Positions 54,826 through 63,555 of a stretch of 64,000 nucleotides of DNA are shown piece by piece. Origin of the DNA: Atopobiaceae bacterium. Lineage in GTDB: Bacteria; Actinomycetota; Coriobacteriia; Coriobacteriales; Atopobiaceae. The notes beneath the pieces are model-generated. The model was given only the letters and a program-made list of their open reading frames with translations, was not told the origin of the DNA and ran no database searches. The first letter of the stretch is position 1; each line of letters opens with the position of its first letter. The stretch is taken from NCBI GenBank assembly GCA_017545665.1, contig JAFWKQ010000034.1:26302-90301 (forward strand). The letters run 5' to 3'. The translations under genes were made by a program, and so were the position numbers.

Positions 54826-54909
54826 TTTTTAAAATCCTTCCTCGTCTGTTGTCATCGGACGTCAACTACCAATGGAAATGCTTGGGGCTGTCCCTTCTCG
54901 GCCGTCTTC

Positions 54910-57099
54910 CTAGGTTCCAGGCCTACGGGGAGGACGCCTTTGCGCTCCCTGTCCTCCGCCAAAGCCACCACCGGATTTCTGCGATCCCTGCTGATTCATG
55001 CGACCTGCGCCTCCGCCGAAGCCACCGGCAGAACGGTTCTGCGCACCCTGCGTGTGCTTGACGCCACCGCCGAAGCCACCAGCACCGCCAGTGCCCGCCC
55101 GCATGACGCTTTCAAAGCGGATGTTCAAAGTCTTTCCAGGCTCCACGACCACTACCACGGGGGCGCCGCTGTCGATGCGCACCTCTTTGGTCGAATTGCC
55201 GTTGCACGACACGGGGTTGTTCGTGCGGAGGAGTACGTAGCGATCTCCCGTTGCCTGGAAATACGACTTTACGTAGTCGAGGCCCGTGGGGCTGAGCTCA
55301 AAGCGACTGAGCGGGAGACGGCCGCGGCTTCCCTTTACCGTCTTGGGTGCAGAATGGACGCCATCCACCGCGGATTCCACGGTAATCTCGCCGCGGAATG
55401 GCTTCCTCAGAGCGATCCTAAAGAGGATGATGAGCACAATGATGGCAACTATTGCCGCCACGCCTATACCAATGAGCGCCATCAGACCAACGTTGTGGCT
55501 GGTAACGACAATCTCCACGTCGCAATACTTGCCTAGGCTGTCCACCGCACGCACGGTAAAGCCGCCCTTGCTCATGCTGAATTTGGACAAGGTGAGCTTG
55601 TTTCCGTCTACGGTGTAATCGCCATCCATGAACGAGCTGGAGATTACCTTGTACTGCAACGCGTCACCCTGCTCATCGGTTGCGAGCTTTCCAAGATCGA
55701 TCGTAAGGGAGTTGTCCTTGAAGGGCCATATCATAACGGTCTCTTCAACCGGATTGGCAACCGGGACGGGAGCGGTGTTGTTCTTCTCGGCTTCGGTGGA
55801 GGCCTTAGAGCTTACGGCCATGCTGCCGATGATGTCGGAGGTGCGGTCGAGGTGGTTCCCCGTTACGTGAACCCTGAAGTTGTATGCTCCCTCGGGAAGC
55901 TTATGCGCCACCTCGAAGTGATCGCCCTCTAGCTTCATGGGCACGGACTCAACCGGGGCGTTGAACGAGTCCAGAACCTCCAGAGCCGCCTCATAGCCCA
56001 CGTATTGGTCCGTCTTCGCCCTGCCGGCCTTCCCCGCCGTAAGGAACGCCCTCACCGTAAGGGGATCATTGGGGTTGATGGGACCTTCCGCGGGCTGCAA
56101 TTCGCTCTCCACGCCCAAGTCGCTGTTGAACACCATGTTGATCTTCACGGCATCGCCTGGCACGCCTTCGGTTACGAGCTTCCACGTACCTGGCACAACG
56201 TCTGCTATCTTAAGGAGCGTGAACGTATTTGACTCAACGGCCTCGGGCGTCGACGCGCTCCCGTCCGGCCGAGTCACCGTAAACGACTTTGCCTTGCCAT
56301 AGATAACGATGTTTATCTCTTCGACGCCGATGCCCGGTACGTCAAAGGTTGTCTCGAGCTTGCCGTCGGCGGAAAACTTCCCATCGCCAATGGACACGGT
56401 GGAGGTCCCGTATATGAGATTGTAGAAGGTGTTGAATACGTCCTGCAGATCTTCAGCCTTTTTTACCTCGGCAAACTCGCCGCCCGTGGCACCAGATATC
56501 TGTTGCATCTCCGAAATATCCGCGGTATTGTCGGCATTCAGGCACACGCTATATATTTTGATCTTATTGTCACGCGCCGCCTGCACGCTTTCTGCCTTCT
56601 TGTCCAAAGAGGCTTTTAGATCGTCCGCATTGGGCAGGTCCGTGTTACCGTCGCTCAGAAGCAGGATTACGGATGGCAGGTTTTTGTCTCCGTCCTTTTT
56701 GATCATGTTTACGGCAGTGTCGAGCCCCGCGCCAATGTTTGTGTCACCGCGGGCCTCCACGGAGGCAAGCTTGTCCACGACTGCCCTCTTGTCGGCTTGG
56801 CTCTTTACGGGCGCGAGGTCCTGCTGCGCCTCCACGGCAGTCGTAAACACGACTCCACCAAGTTCGTTACCGCTATTTGCCAATAAGTTCGTAAACTGAT
56901 TTATGGCCTCGAATCTTAGGCCATCAGGATCGGTTGTTTTCATGGAACCACTGGCATCGAGCACCATAACAACGTTAAACCTATTGTTCGCAGGTGCAGA
57001 CCCTCCCTCCGCACGGGCTAGCGCTAGCGGTAGCATCACCAACGAAAGCGTTGCCGCGACCACGGCACATAGGAACTTACGCAACGTTTTTGTTCTCAT
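54910..57099 (-). CDS. Secreted/transmembrane von Willebrand factor A protein with Ig-like spacers, a single TM and a cytoplasmic FHA-like segment plus Gly-rich tail
   Basis: GGAGGAAG lies 5 nt before ATG 57099. The signal peptide is KFLCAVVAATLSLVMLPLALARA. The vWA MIDAS motif is VVMVLDASGSM…GDTNIG…LLLSDGNTD. The TM is LMALIGIGVAAIVAIIVLIILF. The tail is …GGAGGFGGGVKHTQ…GGFGGGAGRMNQQGSQKSGGGFGGGQGAQRRPPRRPGT. Confidence 0.82.
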   Translation of the reverse strand: MRTKTLRKFLCAVVAATLSLVMLPLALARAEGGSAPANNRFNVVMVLDASGSMKTTDPDGLRFEAINQFTNLLANSGNELGGVVFTTAVEAQQDLAPVKSQADKRAVVDKLASVEARGDTNIGAGLDTAVNMIKKDGDKNLPSVILLLSDGNTDLPNADDLKASLDKKAESVQAARDNKIKIYSVCLNADNTADISEMQQISGATGGEFAEVKKAEDLQDVFNTFYNLIYGTSTVSIGDGKFSADGKLETTFDVPGIGVEEINIVIYGKAKSFTVTRPDGSASTPEAVESNTFTLLKIADVVPGTWKLVTEGVPGDAVKINMVFNSDLGVESELQPAEGPINPNDPLTVRAFLTAGKAGRAKTDQYVGYEAALEVLDSFNAPVESVPMKLEGDHFEVAHKLPEGAYNFRVHVTGNHLDRTSDIIGSMAVSSKASTEAEKNNTAPVPVANPVEETVMIWPFKDNSLTIDLGKLATDEQGDALQYKVISSSFMDGDYTVDGNKLTLSKFSMSKGGFTVRAVDSLGKYCDVEIVVTSHNVGLMALIGIGVAAIVAIIVLIILFRIALRKPFRGEITVESAVDGVHSAPKTVKGSRGRLPLSRFELSPTGLDYVKSYFQATGDRYVLLRTNNPVSCNGNSTKEVRIDSGAPVVVVVEPGKTLNIRFESVMRAGTGGAGGFGGGVKHTQGAQNRSAGGFGGGAGRMNQQGSQKSGGGFGGGQGAQRRPPRRPGT

Positions 57100-57584
57100 C
57101 GTTCTTCCTCCATCGCTCCCATGAAGCCTGCCACGGAGGCAGGAATAACGGCAATTTGCGTAGCACGTGAGCTGCAGCGGCAAATATGTGCGTCTTAGCT
57201 GCGTTTATTGCTACTTTTAGGTGTGAGATTCCGTACCTGTTGCAAACCACAAACACGCATTATTGTTTAACGCAAAACCAAAGTAAACTAAAAGTAGGCT
57301 TAAGGGTTGTACAACGTCTGCCAATGACACGCGCTTGCAATAATAGGGTCAAGACTAATATCGTGTATACATAGGATATCATATACTTTACAATATCATT
57401 CTACTATGCATAATACTTATCACATCATGCGAACGCCATTGCGCGCCTCTTCTTGAATTATATTTGAATCGATCCTCACCTTTCGTCCGCAAACACGTTG
57501 TGCAACGAGTACACGTTATTTTTTGCATAGTATACGTATTGATATACCATTTATAGCGGGCAACCAGTAAGGGAAAGGATCAGC

Positions 57585-58754
57585 ATGGGTATTGAGAACT
57601 TTATGAGAGTCTCGTACGCAGCAACCACCAACAAGGGAAACGTGTTTGTTCGCGTTTTCTCTGCCATTGTCTACGACGATAAGCGGCCTTCGTTTCTTAG
57701 CCTGCATTACCAGGGGGAGCCGATTCCTCTAGAAAAAGTGCAGTCCGCATCCGAGGACCTCATGCGACTTTCCTTTAGCTATGGAGAATGGATCGTCTTC
57801 GAACTGCTTTCGCTTGATGAGCTCCTTGACAAATTATGGGAGCAGGGCGTAGGCCAAGGCCTCGTATACCATAACCCCAAAACCATCACTGCCTCCGACT
57901 TGGGAAAGTGGTATTACGGCACTACCCTACGCTACGTTAATGACGGCGAGCCGATAACGCTCAATGGCTTAAAGATCGCTTTCAACGAGGTGCTTGACGG
58001 TAACGCATGGACTCGCGGCGACTCATACATGTGCGTAAATGGCGAATCGGGGCTAGCGGGAATCGTGTATGGCACCGACAACGAGGATGACGATGCCGTA
58101 CGGCTTGCGGCATACATTAACGATTTGCATGGAACCGGTTTTGGTGAGCCTGGATTTGCTGGCGTGGACGACATTGGTTGCAGCGGCGGCACGGGAAGCA
58201 GGAGCCAATTCGACATGAGCGTTTTGACCCACGCCGTTCTGTCGCGCACCTCCCCCAACTCCCCTTGGTTCATAACAGCGGCTCTTGCGAACGAGAGGTA
58301 TGCCCAAATCGTGAGGTCTTTCCGCGAGGAGGAGGGCCGCGAGGCAATAGTCGTAAGAATCGGCACAAAAGCGGCACCGAGTATGCCGCGTGGCGTTGAC
58401 GTCCCACACTATAAACTCGTCGTAAAGCTCATTCCCGAAAGCATCCAAGGCAGGGAGCACCTGCAAGAGTATATGGCAACGCAGGTATCGGCCCTAATTA
58501 AGACCGCCAAGTCAAAGGGCCTGGACGTCATCCCCAATCCGAGCGACCCCATTGTGGGGCAACGACTAATCGATTCCGAGAATCCGCACGCCTATATGTA
58601 TCGCGTGCTCTCCACATTGCCATACGAGACGCTCGTCAATCTATACGAGGCATCGCTTGCCGTTGGCATGAACGAGCTAACGAACAAACATGCCATGGAA
58701 GCGGTCTTTGCTTCGGCAAGAGCGCTCATCGGCTTGATGTCTGACGACGAATAG
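57585..58754 (+). CDS. Uncharacterised 389-aa protein, first gene of the divergent plus-strand operon
   Basis: ATG 57585 lies after AAGGGAAAGGA. No recognisable motif. A 485-bp AT-rich region precedes it. Confidence 0.55.
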   Translation: MGIENFMRVSYAATTNKGNVFVRVFSAIVYDDKRPSFLSLHYQGEPIPLEKVQSASEDLMRLSFSYGEWIVFELLSLDELLDKLWEQGVGQGLVYHNPKTITASDLGKWYYGTTLRYVNDGEPITLNGLKIAFNEVLDGNAWTRGDSYMCVNGESGLAGIVYGTDNEDDDAVRLAAYINDLHGTGFGEPGFAGVDDIGCSGGTGSRSQFDMSVLTHAVLSRTSPNSPWFITAALANERYAQIVRSFREEEGREAIVVRIGTKAAPSMPRGVDVPHYKLVVKLIPESIQGREHLQEYMATQVSALIKTAKSKGLDVIPNPSDPIVGQRLIDSENPHAYMYRVLSTLPYETLVNLYEASLAVGMNELTNKHAMEAVFASARALIGLMSDDE

Positions 58755-58843
58755 TTTCTCCAATGCGCAACCGTCCTTAGGGGCGCCCCACGTTCAAAGG
58801 AAATGCATGCAAGCCGAAGAAGACAACGTCCAAGGAGGCAAGG

Positions 58844-59518
58844 GTGGCTAAGAGATGCGTCTGTCCACACTGTGGAAAACCGAATGAGAGCGGACTCTTC
58901 TTCTGCAGCACATGTGGAGCGCCAATTGGCTTTGACGACGACGCCAAGGATTTCGTAGCCTTGGCGAACGAGCCTGTGCCCGGCAAAAGGAAACGTGCGC
59001 GGATTGACGGAATACCGTTCGCCCTCATCGTTGTTTTGACGATCGTCGGACTCTTCTGTTTGTATGAGCTGCTCTTACGTCCTAAGGCACAGCCCGCAAA
59101 TATGACGAGTGGCAGTCAAGTCCAAGAGAGCGAGGCCCGAGGTTCCTCCGTTGGCAATTCTTTTGACATCGCATGCATACAAGGCTTCTGGGGTTCGAAG
59201 CCCTTGGGAAATGGAGCATACGATGAGGTCCTTGTGGTGAAGAAGGACGAAATCTATGTGGCGCGTGGCAATGGCAATGTCCAGAAGGCAATACCGGTCG
59301 TGTCCAGAAACCAATGCGAGTACTGCCCCAACGGCATAGAAGGGTCAAATGGAAGGCCAGGCTGGCTCATCCACGGCCTCGACTGCTTTTTGTACGACAA
59401 CGATCAGAGGACGCTCTACAAAGTGGACGCATACAAAGACGAGCCTTCCCTACAAGACGATTCCCCATACGTGCGACTCGAAAACGAGCCCATGTGGACA
59501 ACGGAGGTACGCAAGTAA
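58844..59518 (+). CDS. Zinc-ribbon / single-TM / extracytoplasmic-domain protein
   Basis: AGGAGG lies 5 nt before GTG 58844. The product has CVCPHCG…CSTCG, the TM FALIVVLTIVGLFCLYELLL, and an outer domain (IQGFWGSKPLGNGAYDEVLVVKKDEIYV…) paralogous to that of the ORF at 63556. Confidence 0.62.
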   Translation: MAKRCVCPHCGKPNESGLFFCSTCGAPIGFDDDAKDFVALANEPVPGKRKRARIDGIPFALIVVLTIVGLFCLYELLLRPKAQPANMTSGSQVQESEARGSSVGNSFDIACIQGFWGSKPLGNGAYDEVLVVKKDEIYVARGNGNVQKAIPVVSRNQCEYCPNGIEGSNGRPGWLIHGLDCFLYDNDQRTLYKVDAYKDEPSLQDDSPYVRLENEPMWTTEVRK

Positions 59519-60069
59519 TGCACATAGTCAGATTGTTCATTGCCTCATCCATCGTTGAGTTCAAGCACGAGCGCAAGCGCATTGGCGCGCTCGTATCGGA
59601 TGCCAACAGTCTTTGCATGCCATATGGCACCGTGCTCGTTGCCGACTTTTGCGAGGACCAATCCAGCGCGCTTGCCCTTTCGCGCAAGCAGGAGGAGTAC
59701 AACCAGCTCATTCGCCAAGATCAGCTCTTCGTGCTCCTCGTGGGAAGCACCGTGGGAACATACACCATGGAAGAGCTCGTGGTGGCGCTAGATTCGCAGG
59801 AAAACAACGGGATTCCGCAAGGGGTGCTCGCCCTCTGCGGCCCGGCAGTAGGCCACCTCGCAAGCGCATCGAGCAATCGCATGCTACGTGTGGAGAATAC
59901 CCCGGGCGCCGAAGTCGCCTCCCTGCTCGACGGGCAAAGAGGGTGTACGCTTAAGCGCTTCCAAAATGCAGACGAGGCCGTTGCCCATATATTCGATTGC
60001 TTGCACGAAATGGGTCTTGTGCAGCCGAAGCTCTGCATCGAAGGTGGAAGGGTGCGACAAGGAGCATGA
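59518..60069 (+). CDS. Stand-alone TIR-like / DUF4062-like domain protein (183 aa)
   Basis: ATG 59518 overlaps the upstream TAA (TAATG). MHIVRLFIASSIVEFKHERKRIGALV…QEEYNQLIRQDQLFVLLVGSTVGTYTMEEL follows the DUF4062 pattern (FISS…ER…, then …cD.f..l.G..yG). Confidence 0.55.
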   Translation: MHIVRLFIASSIVEFKHERKRIGALVSDANSLCMPYGTVLVADFCEDQSSALALSRKQEEYNQLIRQDQLFVLLVGSTVGTYTMEELVVALDSQENNGIPQGVLALCGPAVGHLASASSNRMLRVENTPGAEVASLLDGQRGCTLKRFQNADEAVAHIFDCLHEMGLVQPKLCIEGGRVRQGA

Positions 60070-62429
60070 ATGTAATCCATATCCACATTGCAGCTGACGT
60101 CGTTGAGCTCGGTGCCGACATAGAGGAGCTCCGTTCCTTTGCGAACACCCTCTCCGCACGATTCGCAGCTCTAGGATTCGTCTTCTCGATTACGGTGGAG
60201 GGCGAATCGGATGAGCCTCTCTCGCAATGCGAGCATTTGTATGTGCTCATGGGCCACAACGCAACCAACGCCACAATAGATGCGTTCAACAGGGGTAACA
60301 ACCTGTTCAGGCAGGCGGGCGCGCCTTTTGTCCACACATACTTTAGCCAGCTCGCACAAGATGACCAACCTACCGAGCGCGTGCGAGCCTTCATGGACCG
60401 CCTCGCAACGGAGCTTGGGCACTACTGGTCCACCTATACGCACATCGACACCGTAAAGCTCAACATGCTCTTTGAGCTGAGCGCGGGCTCTCACTCCGAC
60501 GCGCTTTCCATAGAGGATGGAAAAGCCAGACTGTTCGGAGCTGATGTTTTGGACCTGGGCCGCACTCCCTTGTACGCAAACAACGTCGAGCTCAAAAGCA
60601 TGCGTGGGGAGCTGGATGAGCTCAACGCGCAATTTGTGGAGCTAGCAGCGCAAGCTCCGCACGACCATCTAAGGAAACGCGATCTTATTGCGCTTGACCA
60701 AAGACGCAATGAGCTGCTGGACGCCATTCATCAAACAGAAAGGGACGTTCTTGACCTTGGTGCTAGCATGTCGCAAATGCGCAAGAGCGCCTCGGCAACA
60801 TGGCGCGTTCAAAGGGCATCCGAGCTTCTTGATGCAGGTGCGTACGAAAGGGCGCAGGACATTCTTCAGGACAAGACGCGCGAGGACGGCCTAAGGCCCA
60901 AAACCGGCGCAGGCACGCACACAGACTCCCTCAAAGACGACCTTGGGCGTGGAGAGGCGCTTTCCCTCAGCGGGGCACGTCAACTTGAGGGATGGATGGC
61001 AGAGCAGCGACTGCTCATACACACCATATTGTCGCAAGGCCGCACGCCTCCAAACGTCCAGAAGGTGTGCGACCTTTACGAGCAGGCAGTGGCGCGATCG
61101 GTTAGGCGCAGGGTCGACACTCGAATCGTATTCGAGTACGGCACCTTCTTGCAGCAAATAAACAGGCACTCGCAAGCCAAGGCAATGTTTTCCCTCTACC
61201 TTCGGATTCTTCTTGCCAACAAGAATCCACGCGATCGTCGACCGGCCTACGTTCTCCTCAGCTTGGCCAATACGTTGGTGGATGGCCGCGAGTACACGGA
61301 GGCACTGCCAATCTTGGACGAGGTAATACAAGAGCGCAGGAAAGAGGCGTGCATCGACCCCTCTCCCGGCAATCGAAGTGACTTGGCAACCGTCCTCATG
61401 GCACAGGCGGAGCAACTCAGAGCCATGGCCAGCCACAAGCAGGCGCTCGAAATCATAGACGAGGCATCGGAACTGCTGCATACGCTGTATGACAAGAGCC
61501 ACGATGCCTACATAGACGACTTGGTTCAGGCTCTCATTGCCAAGGCGAGCACACTCAGAACACTCAATAGGGCTAACGAAGCACTCGGCGTCGGCAACGA
61601 GGCCGTCACCCTCTACAAGCCACACGCAAAGGCGAACCCACACAATACGCACGCTCAAGCGGTGTACGCGCTGGCCATGTCCGAGCTCGCCGAATCCTAC
61701 CATTACGCAGGATTCGAAGATGAGCGATTCCACAAGCAGTCTGAGGACTTGTATTACCAGGCGCTTTCCATCCTGCGTGAACTTGCGGCGAAGGAGCCCG
61801 CCACTCATCAACCGCAACTCTGCGTCATCCTAAACAGGTTGGCGGCCGTGCTTAAGGACGACGAGAAGGATGCGGAGGCAGAGGGCCTTCTTCGTGAACA
61901 CGTACGCCTTTCGCGCGCGTTGGCACTAGCCGAGCCCAAGGCATATTTGCATTCCTACGCCGCCTCTCTTGCCTCTTACGTCAACCTCCTTACCGACTCG
62001 CTCGATTCAAAGACGGGACAGAAGAACCTGCTGCTGCGCCGTGACGAAGCACGAGGATGTGGAAACGAGGCATTAATGGTGTATAGGCGCCTCTCTCGCG
62101 AGCAGCCAGGGGCATATTTGCCCGAGCTCGCCAATACGCTCACGTCATGCGCCAAATGCGCACCCATCTATTCGTTCCAACATCAAGTCTACAACGACCT
62201 CAATCGCGAGGCCCTGAGCATATATGAGAAGCTCGCGCAAAGGGAGCCCCTAGCGTACCTGCCCATGGTAATTGACACAATCGATGCGATCCTCCAAAAA
62301 GATCTGCTCGTGCCGCTAACGCCCTCCCGTATCCCACAGGTCGTACGTGAGGTAGGGTATCTCCGCTCCCAAAGGGCTACGGCACGCAATTGCTATAGGG
62401 AGCTTCTGGCACAGGACTCAAAGGAGTAG
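60066..62429 (+). CDS. TIR-like/DUF4062-like N-domain + coiled coil + KLC-type TPR repeat protein (787 aa)
   Basis: ATG 60066 overlaps the upstream TGA (ATGA). The N-domain is MNVIHIHIAADVVELGADIEELRSFANTLS…CEHLYVLMGHN…HYWSTYTHIDTVKLNMLFEL. The C-terminal ~450 aa are repeated TPR_12-like units (…EALMVYRRLSREQPGAYLPELANTL…, …EALSIYEKLAQREPLAYLPMVIDTI…). Confidence 0.72.
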   Translation: MNVIHIHIAADVVELGADIEELRSFANTLSARFAALGFVFSITVEGESDEPLSQCEHLYVLMGHNATNATIDAFNRGNNLFRQAGAPFVHTYFSQLAQDDQPTERVRAFMDRLATELGHYWSTYTHIDTVKLNMLFELSAGSHSDALSIEDGKARLFGADVLDLGRTPLYANNVELKSMRGELDELNAQFVELAAQAPHDHLRKRDLIALDQRRNELLDAIHQTERDVLDLGASMSQMRKSASATWRVQRASELLDAGAYERAQDILQDKTREDGLRPKTGAGTHTDSLKDDLGRGEALSLSGARQLEGWMAEQRLLIHTILSQGRTPPNVQKVCDLYEQAVARSVRRRVDTRIVFEYGTFLQQINRHSQAKAMFSLYLRILLANKNPRDRRPAYVLLSLANTLVDGREYTEALPILDEVIQERRKEACIDPSPGNRSDLATVLMAQAEQLRAMASHKQALEIIDEASELLHTLYDKSHDAYIDDLVQALIAKASTLRTLNRANEALGVGNEAVTLYKPHAKANPHNTHAQAVYALAMSELAESYHYAGFEDERFHKQSEDLYYQALSILRELAAKEPATHQPQLCVILNRLAAVLKDDEKDAEAEGLLREHVRLSRALALAEPKAYLHSYAASLASYVNLLTDSLDSKTGQKNLLLRRDEARGCGNEALMVYRRLSREQPGAYLPELANTLTSCAKCAPIYSFQHQVYNDLNREALSIYEKLAQREPLAYLPMVIDTIDAILQKDLLVPLTPSRIPQVVREVGYLRSQRATARNCYRELLAQDSKE

Positions 62430-62432
62430 GCC

Positions 62433-63521
62433 ATGAACCTAGTGGAAATACGCATTGCCACCTCCGAAGAGGAACTCGGAGCCGACCTGGATGAGCTTCG
62501 CGCGTTTGCGAACCAGCTTACCGCTCGCCATGCAAGCAAAGGCGTTGTCTTCAACGTGCGCTTGCTCGGCGAGGATGAGGACCCTGCGACGTATGAGCAG
62601 CTGTACGTTTTGGTTGGCAACAGCATGCCTCAAGCGCTACGTACCGAATTCAATAGCTCATACGACGCGTTCTGCACTATGGGCAGCCCATGCATCCATA
62701 CGTATTTCAAAGACGTGGATGCACGCGAGCCTGTCGAAACAGCAGTGCGCGACTTCATGCGCATGCTAGACGAGGACATAAGCCACTACTGGTCCACGTA
62801 CAGCAATGTGGACACAATCAAGCTGGACATCCTTATGGAATATGCGCGCTCCACAGACTCCGCGGCGATCTCGTTCCGCGATGGATCCGCCAAGCTCTAC
62901 GATGAGGAGGCGCTGGAGCTCTCGCACGTACCTCTGTATGCAAACAACAACGACCTGCAAGCATTGCGCGCGGAGCTCGATGGTTTGCAGTCAGAGTACG
63001 ATGAGGCCCTCGCTCTTGGCACACGCGAGCAGCCCTCGCCTTCCCTCGTACAAATCAACCAGCGCCTGGATGAGCTAAGGGAGCAGCTCCATCAAATTGA
63101 GGACGATGTCTTCGGGCTGAGCAGCCGCATAGTGGAGCTTCGCTACAATCCTCGAGCCACCTGGCGCGTTCGCGAGGCATCGCGCCTGCTTGACGCCGGC
63201 GACTATAAGGGCGCACAGGCCATATTGTCTGATTCGACAAGGGCCATGGAAGCCGACCATGCCGAGGAGCTCATGAAGGCAGGCTCTAGAATCATCGAAA
63301 GTTGGATTGAGAGCCAACGTCACCTGGCTCAAGAGTCAAAACTGGAAGAGGCGCTTTTGCTCTACGAGAAGGCATGCAGGGTTTCCGAGGAACACCTCGT
63401 TGGCACCGAAGTGCTCATCGAGTATGCGGAGCTGCTTCAAAACGTCAATGGACGAAAAGACGAGGCAGCGTATTGGAGCGATGCCTACAAGAGAATCACG
63501 AGCTCGATGCAAACGGATTAG
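62433..63521 (+). CDS. Paralogue of the preceding protein: same N-domain and coiled coil, short TPR remnant (362 aa)
   Basis: AAGGAG lies 6 nt before ATG 62433. MNLVEIRIATSEEELGADLDELRAFANQLT…YEQLYVLVGNS…HYWSTYSNVDTIKLDILMEY aligns residue-for-residue with 60066..62429 over about 300 aa. Confidence 0.7.
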   Translation: MNLVEIRIATSEEELGADLDELRAFANQLTARHASKGVVFNVRLLGEDEDPATYEQLYVLVGNSMPQALRTEFNSSYDAFCTMGSPCIHTYFKDVDAREPVETAVRDFMRMLDEDISHYWSTYSNVDTIKLDILMEYARSTDSAAISFRDGSAKLYDEEALELSHVPLYANNNDLQALRAELDGLQSEYDEALALGTREQPSPSLVQINQRLDELREQLHQIEDDVFGLSSRIVELRYNPRATWRVREASRLLDAGDYKGAQAILSDSTRAMEADHAEELMKAGSRIIESWIESQRHLAQESKLEEALLLYEKACRVSEEHLVGTEVLIEYAELLQNVNGRKDEAAYWSDAYKRITSSMQTD

Positions 63522-63555
63522 CCTACACCACTCATCCTGGAGGAAGGACCAAGTC

